A DNA stretch of 64,000 nucleotides from the human T2T-CHM13v2.0 reference genome, Homo sapiens, in NCBI RefSeq assembly GCF_009914755.1, contig NC_060933.1; one strand, written 5' to 3'. Under the pieces are notes generated by a model, which saw only the letters and a list, made by a program, of their open reading frames with translations, did not search any database and was not told the DNA's origin. Every line of letters starts with the position of its first letter. The stretch's first letter is position 1. Position numbers and translations under genes: made by a program. This document shows positions 1 to 15,005 of this stretch, in pieces.

Positions 1-2729
1 CTTTTGTAATATATCTTCCTTCAACTTGGATACCAACTGGCTAACCTTCTTAGAGCAAGTCCCGATAAGTCTAATTTCTTTATTACTATGTTTCCAAATG
101 TATTTTGTTTTTATAGATGTTTACCTGGATATTTAAGCTTTTCTTGATAGATCACCTAATTGGAATCAACTTCTCTTTCTGCCTAAGTCCTGTGACACTT
201 CCTTTGTCAAAGGTGCTTATCATGGATTTAATAATTTCAAAGTTACTTGTTTCCATACCTTACCACGGCTGTTGTACAAATACCTAGAGAAGAAGATAAG
301 TGTCTGATTTATTTTAAATTCACCACAAACCCAGCTCAATATTTGAAGCACAGATAAGTATACAATGTTGATTGAAAAATGAACTGTTGTTATTTATTTC
401 CTGCCTGAGCTCAATACAGAACTTAATTCATGGTTAGGAACATCTGATATCCACTCCCATGACACTTCTTAACTCCAATTACAAGACTCATCATTGAATA
501 TTGAAACTCACATCTAAAATCTGTTGATTCTATCATTATACCCACTGTACAGTTTACAATGTTTGAAACTCCACAAATATTTATCTAATTAAGGAATGGA
601 CAAATAATTCATTAATAATGTTATCTCACTATATATGATACATTTTGACTTCCAGATCTTTTCTTTATCCTCTGCACAAGAACATGTTTGTATCTTTGCA
701 TTATCTGCTCAGCAACTTTGGCTCTTTAGTGCACATTAAAAAAATGCAAAGAAACCCATGAGAGCTCTACCCAGTCAAAATGGACACTACAACATCCATT
801 TTGGCCACTTTCTGAGCTATATTGTGAACTCTGAAAACACAATTTCCAAAGCTGGCATTTCCATGTTAATGGAGTCATCTCACAGGCGAATTGGGTCATA
901 CAGGCTAACAGGTTCCACACATAGGTTTGGAAGGGTGAGAGTCCTGGGCTTTTTACCATTTTCTTCCCAAATACATATACTGTGTTTAGAATGTCCAGTG
1001 AAATTCAATGGATATTGATTAGTAAAACTAAGAAAAAAGCTTTCTGCTGTCAATTTTTGCTAACTTGAAAATACAGTGCACTGTGGTCGTACTAACTGGG
1101 TTAAAACATATATTGGAATCAAATTTACTTGTTAAAAAATGGGAAAATTACTTTGAGTGAGGAAGTTTTAATAACAACCTAAACACAAATAAAATGCCTT
1201 ATTTTTCTTCCTTATCCATGCCACCACATCGATTGCAAACTTCTGTTCTAATTCCACCATCTAAATAACTCTTACATGACACTTATTCCAACTGCTGCTA
1301 TCCTGCTTCAGGGTCTCACCTGTTCCCCTACACTGTCAAAATGATGTCCTCATTCATCTCCTATGGACAGTGTCTCCCATGACCTGGCATGTGTTTCGAT
1401 AGTCTCCCTACAACCTCCAGAATGGCAATTCTACCATTTGTATCCAATCAATCTGTGCACCTGCTCAATATTTGATAATGTCTCCCTTCAACTGTAGCAT
1501 CAAATCTTGCATGTATGTGTTGGGAAGACAAGTATCTCAGGAACACCTCTTCACACCAAACTGCTTTCAAACAAATAAACAAACAAACAATTATTTTACG
1601 GATCTTCTTGCCATTATGTATAATGTTCCCCCTGCCTGGCATGGCCTTCTCTCTGCTTGCTTACCCTTACCCTACTCACCCTACAAGCCTCAGCTCAGAT
1701 ATCACATCTTTTGTAATGTTTTCCTGCATTACCTCACATAACGAGAGACGTAAATACAATTTCAGTTTTATGAACCAGTGATGGTAAAACATTGCGTGCA
1801 TCTTTATATCTCCACTTAGGTGCTCAGGTATTAGAGTGGAAGAGACCCTTTCTTTTCAATTCTTTGTCCTCTGTCCTCAAATGCAAGCATGAGCTCAGCA
1901 CAGAAACCCTGTACCTATTTGCAGAATGATTCTATTCACATCTCTAGGCTAAGAATGCCTTACTTGAAGAAATGATCCCAGTTAGATGCTCCTGTGCCAA
2001 TCGTCTCCATCTCTAATACGACAAACCCTGAACATCCATTATTCTATGATTCCATGGTGGCTCCCATATTTCAGCTGATACAAAGTCAACCTTCATAGAG
2101 ATGGCACCTCTGCTCTGATTTGAGCACCAAGAAGCCATAAAGAAGAATTAGTCAGCTTAGGAAGATAATTGATAGGTGTCAAGTGTCCCTTTGTATAAAA
2201 ACACTTTTGCTTCTAGACTGATTGCCTGAGGGCTCAAGAGACTCCTAGGAGACAGCCTGGATGCCTTTTTCTTACATCCTCTGAAAATCTGCATTTTTCT
2301 CCAAAATTAAGGTACCAAGGACAAGCTTTGAGTGAAGTGATGGCCTCAGGGCTAGTGTATTTAATGAGAAATCTTCTTTTCAAGGGTTGTCTGCTGATAC
2401 CTTGCGCTAAGCACGCTGGCCTTGAAGTGATGGGATTGCGGTGTACCCACTTAAATTAAAAAAAAAAACGATTTACAAAGACTTATTAGTTTTACAGATT
2501 TTTGACAACTTGATTTGCTCCCCTTAATTAGTTAATGGTTAGTTCAGGCTGTGACAGCCTCCAGCAAGGCTTATAGCTTATATTTAAGGCTTATAGCCCT
2601 GAAACATAGGCTCTAAGCAGAGAGTGGCTGGGGCAGAAACATAAACAGGGAGTAATGTGTGTTATCTAGAATGAAAGTCTCCTCCCTTCTCCCTCTATCA
2701 AACAAAAAACTGTAGAATGTATTTGTTTT

Positions 2730-2880
2730 TCCTACAGATCGGGAAACTGACACTCTAAAAATAAAGAATTGGAAGTGGCTTGCTCAAATTCATGAGTGGT
2801 GTTTATTGCAGAGTTAGGATGAGAATGAAGGTTTTTGATTCACAGTCCAGAGTCCATTTCACACAACACTATGCTGCCTC
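2730..2880 (-). mobile_element. MIR SINE fragment
   Basis: cagatcgggaaactgacactc...gtggcttgctcaaattca...cactatgctgcctc resembles the reverse of the MIR core. Confidence 0.7.
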
Positions 2881-4149
2881 TTGCAAAAGTCATTTGTTAA
2901 AAAACAAGGGGATAAAATGCCAGTTTGAAGCCTAACAGAATATTGGGGGGGCAGGGGGAGGAAAGACTGAAGGAGCAGCCAAACTTGTTGATTAGTATTG
3001 TTTAATGCAACTACACACCCATGTATACCATCCCAGCCCACTCATCACCGTTTTCCTTTCATGCAGACCTCATAGCCAAAGAATCAATACATCATTAGCC
3101 TGCAGGATGTTGTTTTCTGAGTATTAGGCAAACTCCTGGGAACATTATCTGAGTCATAATGATAGGGGTTGGGCTGTAATAAAAGTTTTGAATTATGCCA
3201 CATTAAGAATTGTCCCCCATGAAGATAGCAAGCTGATCAAATATTCCCTTGTGTGGCTTCAGATACAACCATCAAATATTTAGCATGGATTTTGGCTAAT
3301 GCGCTTCATTTATCCCTAAGATATTCTTCTAAAGCAAAGAGCTGGTATTACTACCCTTTAAGAGATTAGGAGAGAGAGCCTTGGAGAGATTAGTTGGACA
3401 AGACATGCATCCTGGAATAGCCAAATCAGTCCCTTAGATCCCTTTACTACAATAGCCACTCCCTGCTTCCTTTGGTTCCAAAAACTGGTAGGATTTTTAA
3501 TAATTCTTTCCACAGACTATCTCCAGCTGCTCTATACCCAGCCAGAGAGCTCATGACCACTAGCTGGCATTAAACCTCATCATTCTCTCCCCTCCACTAC
3601 CATTCCTGAGTTCACTACTTCCCAAGCCTCAGAAGTACCCTCTCACTCAGCCTCCCCTGGTCCTTACCTCCTTCCTCTCCTTCTCCCTGAATGACTCATT
3701 TTGTTTACTGAGCTGAGAAGCTAATAGAAGGCAGCAGAATTTAAGCTTCCCTGGGACTTGCTTTACAGGCTGACAAAATCATTCTTTTCTCTCTGTGTTA
3801 AATATTCATGGCTCTCAGATTTTTAGATACAAAGGTACATTTTGTTTTAAAATGTGCTGATCCAAGACATACTGGTTTGCATTGATTTCTTCCGCTTTGC
3901 ATTTCTATTGCATTGGAAATAAAGAGGTCCTCATTCACTTCTGAAATATGGACCTGAATTTAACTTTGGTTTCCTTTTTAATTTGGTTGCTATTTGATGA
4001 AAGGGTTGATGTTCTTAGACATTTTGTGTGTTTATCTGTTTTTCTCTTTTGAAATTGCATACATACACATACGCAATCACACACGCATACAGAGATAGAA
4101 AAATCACATCATCTTTTCTATGTACCTCAGCCTAATGTTAATATAATTT

Positions 4150-4985
4150 GAAAGGGATTTCAACAAAGGCTTGATCTATTACAGATTCAAGTATTCGCAC
4201 TTTGGTGAGAAAATAAAATAGAGATAGATTTACAGAGATAAAAAAGAGACTACGTAGCCCAGGACAATTCAGAGACTATAGCACACGAAATGGGAGCAAA
4301 AAACTCTCCATTTTAAAAGATGAGTGAGAGGAATGCCATGCCTAAGAACTGTGGCAAGAGAATAAATGCGATTGGGTGGGAGGAAGGATTAAAAATCCTG
4401 ATTAAGGCAGGTCATTTGACAAAGTCTTAAAGTGTATGATGTAAACGCACAAAAGCATAAGGCTTTCGGATTCTGGAAGCTACTAGGGGATTTTTTTTTT
4501 TTCTCAAGTTGGTCTTACATAAACTACCATATGATATTAAAAGAAAAAACAACCTGCTGATAAGGAAAAGCTGAATAGATTCTTAAAGTAAGGGAATATA
4601 TCATCTTGGCAGACTCAGTAAATTTTTGGAGAAAGATAAAATTAGAATATTTACAAAATTTAGGGGTCTTTCAATGAAGTGGTTTGATTAGGACTGGGTA
4701 AGAATTCAGATATAATTGTTTAGAATTGGTGAATACTTTAGTTGGAAGAATCTTTTGGGGCAAGCTATCATTTGATGCTATAGAGGCATTTAACTAGTTG
4801 GTGTTTATTTAAGTGATCTTCTTGTGAAGATCCTGGAATGAACAAGAAAATCATTTTCAAAATTTATTTTCCTAGGCAACAGTTTCTTAGAATTGTAAAG
4901 TCATGCAGATGAAAGCAATGGATTACTAAAGTGATGTTTAATGTAGACAGTAAATTGTGTGGGTGTCGATGATTTGGGATCTTAA
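4150..4985 (-). mobile_element. possible old ERV1-class solo LTR (family uncertain)
   Basis: cctaggcaacagtttcttagaattgtaaagtcatg...gtagacagtaaattgtgtgggtgtcgatg resembles old ERV1 LTR ends; boundaries vague. Confidence 0.3.
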
Positions 4986-5119
4986 ATTTAGACTCTCATA
5001 ATTAAGAAACACCTATGAGTTTATATAGTCTAGTCTCAACTCCATTTTTTAATTCTCTTATGACATGCCACTCAAATGCTCATTCAGCCTCTTGAAAATG
5101 AAAACCAATGCAAAGTTCT

Positions 5120-5620
5120 AAAGTCTCTGGCAGCAGACACTGGTAGGTATCTACTGGAATTTTTCAAAATTAAGGTTATTCAGGTACTCTCTGGGTCTCC
5201 ACTTCTCTTTCCTTTTTGTTAGTTAGCTCACTAAAGACTAGCTTCATTGTCATTTCTCTCTTTTCTCATAACATTTGCTTATTTATTGCATTAAAACCTC
5301 ATCACATGACTTTCTCAGATTGTTTTTCAAAGCCCTCCTCACTCTACCTCATAGTCTCTATGAACACTTCCATTTTTTCTTCCCCAAAGCTATCAACATA
5401 ATTCTCTAATGTTAGCTGATCCAAATATGTTAGAGAAAGAGATCTAACTGGTCCAGCTTATGGTTTATACAAGATCATTTCATGGGTTGCTGACCAGATT
5501 GTGCCTGGGCTGTCTTGGGGAACAGGTGCCCGACTCTGATCAATTAAGTGTAGCAGGGATGAGAACAGTATGGAATCTTCTCAAAAAGACTATTCTAAGG
5601 TTATTTCTATGACAAATATT
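5120..5620 (-). mobile_element. old MaLR LTR (MLT1J/K-like)
   Basis: gagatctaactggtccagctta...gaacaggtgcccgactctgatcaattaagtgtagcaggg is typical of MLT1K-group LTRs. Confidence 0.45.
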
Positions 5621-7174
5621 ATGGACAGAAAATTTTTATAACTTTTTGTAAGAAAACAATAAAGATGTCAACATCATAGTAAACATTTACATCAGAGAAA
5701 ATTACCTACTTTGACCATCCTGGACATTGGTATTGGAAAGCATTATGTTTTCAAAGATGCCAATATTGCTTGAGATGAAATATTCTTAATATGAAGTCTA
5801 AGAACATGAGTACACATCAAGAGCCCATAAAGACAGTAAAATTACTTAGAGTATTACGTGTGCCACCATGAACAGCTTAGCAGTTACAAGTGGATGCACT
5901 ATCTCTGAACACAATCTTTTTGTTTTCAAGTGAAATGTTTTTGTTTCTTCTCTTATTCTTTCAAATATATTCTTTACCCTTAGATAATATCTTATTTGTA
6001 TCATGTATGACATTTATAAAAATCAATTATAATTTTGAGTTATCTTAGTAATTTTTAAACATTTATTTTTTAATTAACAAAAATTATGTACACTTTTTTT
6101 TGTACAACATCATATTTTGAAGTATGTATACACTGCAGAATGGCCAAATCAAGTTACCTAGCGTATGAACTGGCTCACATATCATTTTTTTTTCTTTTGC
6201 GGTGAGAACCTGTAAAATCTACTCTTAGTAATTTTCAAGAATATAGTACATTCCTATTAACTATAGTCACCATGTTGTACAACAGAGCTCTTGAATAGAG
6301 AGATCTGTAGATTCTTCCTATCTAACCAAAATTTTGTAATTTTTGACCAACATCTCCCCAGCTCCTGGTATTCACTATTCTACTCTTTGCTTCTGTGGGT
6401 CCAACTATTTTAGATTCCATATGTAAGTGAGATGCTGTGACACTTCTCTATTTGTGCCTGGCTTATTTCACTTAACTTAAGGTCCTCCAGGTTTATCCAT
6501 GTTGTTGCAAATAGCAGGTTTTCTTTCTTTTTTTTTTTTTAAAAAAAAGGCAAAAAGGAATCCCTTTAAGTACATATGACACATGTTCTTTATCCATTCA
6601 TCCATTGATGGACACTTAGATTGATCCCACATCTTGGCTATTGCAAATAATGGTACAATAACCATGGAAGTGCAGATATATTTCTTAGACAAACTGATTT
6701 CATATCCTTTGAATTTATACTCAAGAGAGGGATTACTGGATCATGTGGTGGTTCTATTTTTTAGTTTCTGAGGAATTTTTATACTGTTTTCCATAATGGC
6801 TATACTAATAGTGTACAAGTCTTCCCTTTTCTCCACTTCCTTGCCAACCCTTGTTATCTTTTGAGTTTTTGAAAAAAGTTTTTCAAACAAGTGTGAGATA
6901 GTAGCACATTATGGTTTTGGTTTGCATTTCGCTTAGGATTAGTGACGTTAAGCATTATTTCATGTACATTCCCTCTACACCTAGTTTATTGAGAGTTTTT
7001 ATTATGAAATGATGTTGAATTTTGTCAAATGCTTTTTCTGCATCTATTAGGATGATTGTATGTTTTTTGTACTTCATTCTATTAATGTGGTATATTACAT
7101 TTACAGATTTGTGTATGTTGAGCCATCTTGCATTTCTGGGATAAATCCCACTTTATCATGGTGAAGCATCATTT

Positions 7175-7573
7175 TATTTATCTTTTAACTTTTATTTTAA
7201 GTTTAGGGGTACAAGTGCAGGTTTGTTGCATAGGCAACCTTGTGTTGTTGGGGTTCATTGTACAGATTATTTAGTCACCCAGATACTAAACCTAGTACAC
7301 ATTAGTTATTTTTCCTGATTCTTTCCCTCCTCCCACTCTCCACCCTCTGGAAGCCCCAGTGTGTGTTGTTTCCCTCTATGTATCCATGTGTTCTCATCAT
7401 TTAGCTCCTATTTATAACTGAGAACATGTGGTATTTGGTTTTCTGTTCCTGCATTAGTTTGGTAAGGATAATAGCCTCCAGCTCCATCCATGTCCCTGCA
7501 AAGGACATGATCTCATTCTTGTTTATGGCTGCAGAGTATTCCCAAAGGCATATAAAGTATTCTATTAGAAAGA
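7175..7573 (-). mobile_element. short L1PA13-16-type 3' end nested in the L1MA, with a 33-bp 5' inversion
   Basis: ttttattttaagtttaggggtacaagtgcaggtttgt...gctgcagagtattcc, then the sense piece cccaaaggcatataaagtattctattagaaaga; host L1 resumes at tccttttaatgtgttg. Confidence 0.85.
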
Positions 7574-10500
7574 TCCTTTTAATGTGTTGTTGAATTTGGT
7601 TTGCTAATATTTTATTGCAAATTTTTGCATCTATGCTTATCAGGAATATTGGCCTGTAATTTTCTTTTCTGGTAGTGTTTTTGTCTGGCTTTAGTATCAG
7701 TGAAATGCTGGCCTCATAAAATGAGTTTGGAAGTATTTCCTTTTCTTCATTTTTTTCAGACTGTGAGAATAATTGTTGTTAGTTGTTTTTTGAGTGTTTG
7801 GTAAAATTCAGCAGTGAAGCTGTCATTTCCTGAGCCTTTTTATTTTTGATGAAAGACTTTACTATTGACTTTTTCTTCTTCCTTGTTATTGGTCTGTTCA
7901 GATTTTCTATTTCTTCATAATTCTGTCTTGACAGACTGCATGTATCTAGGAATTTATTCTTTTCTTCGAGGTTATCCAACTCATTGATATATAATTGCTC
8001 ATAGTAATGTCTTCTGATGCCTTTTATTGCTGTGGTATCAGTTGTAATGTCTCCTCTTTCTTTCTGATTTTATTTATTTTCATCTTCTCTTTATTTTCTT
8101 AGTCTAGTGAAAGGTTTGTAAATTTTGTTAATCTTAAATAAAACTCTTAGTTTTGTTGATCATTTTTATTGTTTTTTTCTAGTCTCTATTTTGCCTACAT
8201 CTACTCTGATACTAATTATTTTCTTTCTTCTACTAATATTGGGGTTAGTTTGTTCTTCTTTCTCTACTCTCTTAAAGTATAATATTAGGTTGCTTACTTA
8301 AAATCTTTCCTCTATTTTGATGTACGCATTTATGTTATAAATGTTCCTCTTAGAACTCCTTTTGTTGCATCCCTTAAATTTTGTTATGTTGTTTGTCCAT
8401 TTTTGTTTGTCTCAATTCCCACATATTTGTGAGTCTTCCAAGATTTCTTCTGTCACTGATTTCTAGCTTTATACCATTGTGGTCAGAAAAGACACTTGAC
8501 ATGATTTCAATCTTCTTAAATTTGTTAAAACTTTTCTGTGGCCTAACATATAATCTATCCTAGAGAAGTTCTGTGTGCTCTTGAGAAGAATGTATATTCT
8601 GCTTTTTTGTGTGGAATATTCTGTATGTGTCTGTTAGGTCCATTTGGTTTAGTGTAGTTTAAATCCAAAGTTTCATTATTGATTTCTGTCTGGATAACCT
8701 GTCCATGCCCAAAGTGGAGTACTGAAGTCCCTGGTATTATTATATTTCAGTCTGTCTTACTCTTCACCCAAGTCTATTTTATCTGATGTAAACGTAGCTG
8801 TCATTGCTCTCTTTTGATTTCCATCTGCATGGAATATTTTTTCCATTCCTTCACTTTCAGTCTATGTGTGTCCTTACAGGTAAAGTGAGGCTTTTGTAAG
8901 CAGCATATAGGCAGGTCTCGTTTTTATACTTTTAGTCATTCTGTATCTTTTGATTAAAAAAAAATCATTTATACTTAAGGTAATTATTGTTAGGTAATGA
9001 CTACTGCCATTTTGTTAATTGCTTTCTGGTAGTTTTGTAGATTATATATTCCTTTCTTCTTCTCTTTCTGCCTTTCTTGGTAATTAGGTGATTTTTTTCT
9101 AATGTATACTTGGTTTTTTTATTATTTTGGTATCTACTATTTTTTTCTTTATGAGTTACATAAGACATCTTATGGTCATAATAGGCTATTCTGAGCTGAT
9201 AACAACTAACTTTGATCTCATTAAAAAAAACTCAACATCTCCTCACATTTTGTGTTTTTGATGCCATGACTTACATCTCTTTGAATAGCATATTCCTTAA
9301 GAAATTATTGTAACTATTATTATTTTTAGCAGTTTTTTCTTTTAACCTTCATAGTAAAGATTTAAGTGATTTATATACCACTATTTCAATATTAAAGCAT
9401 TCTGAATTTGACTGTGTACATACTTTCATCAATGAGTTTTATACTTTTCGTTTCTCTGTTGCTACCTAGCATATGTTTCCTTCATCTTTAAGGACTGCCT
9501 TTAGTATTTCTTGTGAGACAGGTCTTTCTGGTGGTGATGAACTCCCTCACTTTTGTTTGTGTTGGAAAGTCTATATCTCTCCTTCTCTGAAGGACAAATT
9601 CTGTGGGTAAAATAATCTTGATTGATGATTTGTTTTTTTCTCCAGCACTTTGCATATATCAACCCAATCTCTCCTGGCCTGTAAGATTTCTGCTGAGAGG
9701 TTTGTTTCTAGTGGTTCTGTAATTCTCATATATGTGATATTCTTCTTTTCCTTTGTGGCTTTCAGCATTCCATCTTTATCATTAATTTTCACAGTTTGAT
9801 TATCACATGACTTGGTGTAGTCCTGTTTGGATTGGATCTAATTAGATATCTTTAACCTTTACATACCTGAATATTTATATCTTTCTCCCAATTTAGAAAG
9901 TTTTCTTCTATTCTTTCTTTAAATATCACTGTTTCTCTCTTCTCCTTCATTAATTTCTATAAATCAAAAAGCCTTGCCCTTCTCATGCTTTCCCAAAAGT
10001 CCCATAATATTTATCCATTCTTTTTTATTCATTTAGATCTTTTCTCCTCCGATTGTACATATTCAAATAACCTGTCTTCAAGTTCTCAAATTACTTTTTC
10101 TGCTCAATCAATTCTGCTGTTGATGCTCTCTATTGCATTTTAAATTTTCTTCATGGTATATTTAGCTCCAGAATTTCTGTTTGATTTTTTAAAAATAATT
10201 TCAATATCTCTGGTATTTATTTTTTGTTTTGGTCATTTATTGTTTTTCTGATTTCATTGAATTTTTTTCTCTATGTTTTCTTGAAGTTTACTGAGCTTCC
10301 TTAAAACAATTATTTTAATTTTTTGTCAGGCAATTTGTAAATCTCCACTTATTTATGGTTGGTTACTGGTGCATTATTCCTTTGTTGGTGTCATGTTTTC
10401 CTGATCATTCTTGATTCTTGTGGCCATGTGTGGTTTCTGTGTATTTAAAGAAGTATGGACTTATTCCAAACATTGCAGACTGGCTTTGTTTCAGAAAAAC

Positions 10501-10589
10501 TTTCAACAGTGAGCCTGTCCAGAGAGATTCTAACAGTCCATCTGGCACGGTTCATGAATGGGTTTGCTTCTGAAGTTTCTAGGCAAGCT

Positions 10590-11900
10590 GGTCTGGTGTC
10601 AGGGTCAGCAGATGAGTGGGCCTGGTGCCTGGGATCTGCAGAGTTGGACCTGAAAGCTGGATCAGTAGTGCTAGACCTTTTGATTAGATCCATGGGGTCT
10701 CTACTGAAGCATGAATCCACAGAGGCTAACCTGATACTGGAATATCCCTTGAGCCTGAGTCTGAAGGAGCTAGCCGGGTGCTGTGATAAGCCTAGAGCCT
10801 AGGTCTACTGGGATGGGCCTGGAGCCTAAGTCTGCAGGGTTGTTCTTAGAGTCTTAGTCCACAGGGGTTGGCCAGTCACTAGGGTCGCCTGAGGTAAGCC
10901 TAGGCCCTGTATTTTTTGGATCAGGCCTGGCCCCTGGGTCCACTGGAACTTTGGGCCACTGGGACCTGACGGCAACCTGGGGATGGCCTGGTGCTAGGGA
11001 AGACATGAAGCCTGCACCCACAGGGGCTAGACTGTAGCCTGGGATGGCAGGTGCTGACATTATGCTTGGAGCCACAGAAACTTGCCTGGAGCCAAGGGCT
11101 ATGGGGGCTTGCCTGGAAGCTGGGTGTGATGATGCTGACCAGAAGGCTAGGAACATGAGGGCTGGCCTGGGTCCTGGGGTTTTGGGGGCTGGCCTAGATG
11201 CTGGGTGCTGAGGGTCAGTCCTGGAGCCAAGGTTCAGGAGTCTCACCTGGTGCTAGGATCTATTGAGATAAGCCTGGACCCTGGGCAGGTCTGAACTCTA
11301 GGTCTGCTGGAGCATGTGGCTCCGGTATCTGGCCTGGAGAATGGAGCCAGGAACCAACGTTGTATTTGGCAGGCCTAAAGCCTGAGCCAGTGGGTTCTAT
11401 CCTAGTGCCTGAGGCAAGGATTGCTAACTTAGTGCCAGGGTGGGCCTGAGCCTGGGGCTGTGTGTGTGCCTAGCTCTGGGCTTTTCTGAAACCTGGGGCA
11501 GGTCTGGAGCCTGGGGTCATAGAGGCTGACCAGCTACTGGGCAAACCTGAATTCTGCATGCACAGGGTCCATCCTGATGAGTGGATCTGTGAGTGCTAGC
11601 ATGATGACTAGGGATGCAGAAACTAGCATGGTGCTGGGGCAGGCCTGAGCCCAGGGTTGCTGGGGCCAGCCCAGAGACCGAGTCTGTGGGGCAGGCCTAG
11701 AGCCTGAATCTGGCAGGGCTTACCTTGTGATGGGACTAGCCCTGTGCTGTAGCTGGTCCAGAGCCCAGGGCCGCTGGGGTTGGCCTGATGGTGAGGCAGG
11801 CCTGGAGACTGAATCCAATGAGCAGGCCTGGAACCTGGAGCAGTAGGGTCCAGTCTGGTGCCAGGGCAGGCCTGGATACTCAGTCCATAGGTACTACCTT
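10590..11900 (-). repeat. degenerate GC-rich tandem array in the L1MA 5' UTR
   Basis: many imperfect copies of (a/g)ggcctggagcctgggg(tc) at irregular spacing. Confidence 0.7.
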
Positions 11901-12303
11901 GAATTTTGTGGTTGTGGTAGCCTGCTCAGTGTTGGGTTTTATTGGTGCAGATCCAATGTTGGGGCCAAAGGAAAAGTCCAAAGCTCACTTTCTTCTCCTT
12001 CCCCAAGTTGAAGAGTGTCTCTTTACACGATGTACTGCCTGGAATTTTCAAAGGGGTGACTCAGTTGATATAAAACTGCCCGTCCTACTCTCTTTAATGC
12101 ACCTTTTCTGATTTCTGTGCTATGCCCAGGTGCTAAAATCACTCACCTGGTTTCCTTTGCTCTTGTGAAGGTACTTTTGTGTGTTGATTGTTGTTCAAAT
12201 TGATGTTTCTGAAGGGGGAACAGTGGAAAGTCCTATTCCATCATATTGCTCTTCATCAGTATGTTTTATATTTATGACCAATGGTTTTAAAATATTGCAG
12301 GCA

Positions 12304-13976
<1,673 letters not shown>

Positions 13977-14074
13977 ATATTGCAGGCAATTTTAGCAAAA
14001 ATATCAGACTAAACCCCTAACAACAAAAGTTGCTGGAGTAGAAAGTACTATGTACCCATATAGCTCATTATATA

Positions 14075-14180
14075 GTAATTTTTATCTATGTTCCCCCATT
14101 AAAATTAAGTGCCGTATGTCAGGGAACTTTACTGTCTTCTTCACTACTTACAACTAGTTTATAGATACCTCTTGAATAGC
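14075..14180 (+). mobile_element. L2 3'-end fragment, probably continuous with ~5990-6057 before the L1MA inserted
   Basis: tctatgttcccccattaaaattaagtgccgtatgtcagggaactttactgtcttcttcact resembles the L2 3' end. Confidence 0.5.
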
Positions 14181-14594
14181 AACAAAATAGAGTGTAAGAA
14201 ATAAGATTGAGAAAAAAATTAATTAATTAATGTAAGGACAGTGGGGCTTCCTTAACCCCATAAGGTGACCTGAAACACTCGGTTAGCAAAGATATATAAT
14301 GAGCTATACGGATATACAGTGCTTTCTACTCCAGCAACTTTTATTGTTAGGGGTTTAGTATTTTTTATTTTTTGCTAAAATTGCCTGTACTGTTGTAAAA
14401 ACATTTGTCATTAATATATAACACACTGATGAAGAGTATAAATATTGATAATTCTCTATCTGCTGCCTGATTTCAGAAAATCCTCTCTTGAGAAGACATT
14501 ACCTGCATGGTTCTCAAGTGGAGGTGAAACTTTACAAAACGATAAGAAAAGTAGAAGACACTTTATTGATAAAATATCCACATTCGAAAATAGT

Positions 14595-14765
14595 TGTGCT
14601 TTCAAATCCTGGATCTGCCATTTACTATCTGTGAGACTGAGACTGTGTGCAAATGGTTTAGCCATTTTGAACCTGTTTCCTCATCTGTAAAATGGGCATG
14701 ATGATACCTACCTACCTTACAAAGTGGCTGAGATAGCTAAACACCATAAGGCAATGCTTGTTACA
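14595..14765 (+). mobile_element. MIR
   Basis: ttcaaatcctggatctgccatttacta...tgtttcctcatctgtaaaatgggcatgatgatacctacc. Confidence 0.85.
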
Positions 14766-14784
14766 TGGTAACAAATGATGACTT

Positions 14785-14857
14785 TCATTTTATTGGGTAT
14801 TCTCATTTTATTGGGTATTTCATTTTATTGGGTATTCTTCCATTCTATTGGGTATTT
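14785..14857. repeat. minisatellite, ~17-20-bp unit x4 (tcattttattgggtatt)
   Basis: read directly from the sequence. Confidence 0.95.
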
Positions 14858-14899
14858 AATCCTCGCCTCATTCATCATCACCAGAAACATTGAAAATAT

Positions 14900-15005
14900 T
14901 GTCTTTCTTTTTACATGTGAAAAAAATTGAGTATCAGAGAGTTCAAGAAACTTGCCTAAATTATACATCATGAAAAATGAAAGGATCAGATTTGAACCCA
15001 GTCAT
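14900..15005 (-). mobile_element. MIR
   Basis: ttttacatgtgaaaaaaattgagtatcagagagttcaagaaacttgcctaa...gatttgaacccag. Confidence 0.75.

Larger units (their letters stand above)
6058..12248 (-). mobile_element. near full-length, internally deleted L1MA (L1MA8-like 3' end), with ORF2/ORF1 relics and a GC-rich 5' UTR
   Basis: 3' UTR at ~6060 (gtgagaacctgtaaaatctactcttagtaattttcaag); ORF2-like peptides at 6477-6692 and 7779-7979; ORF1-like peptide 9571-9792 (LSAEILQARRDW); 5' terminus ggaaagtcctattccatcatattgct is a decayed YY1-type end. Confidence 0.9.

Noticed and set aside
726-5401. Short ORFs in the first 6 kb and other 60-120-aa ORFs in unique DNA
   Set aside because: No recognisable protein similarity, many non-ATG starts, and lengths expected by chance.
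10445-12111. Pro/Gly/Ala-rich ORFs of 91-130 aa
   Set aside because: They lie in the GC-rich L1 5'-UTR repeat array where stop codons are rare; no recognisable domain.
14595-15005. Opposed MIR pair as a dsRNA hairpin
   Set aside because: The copies are too diverged for a stable long stem.
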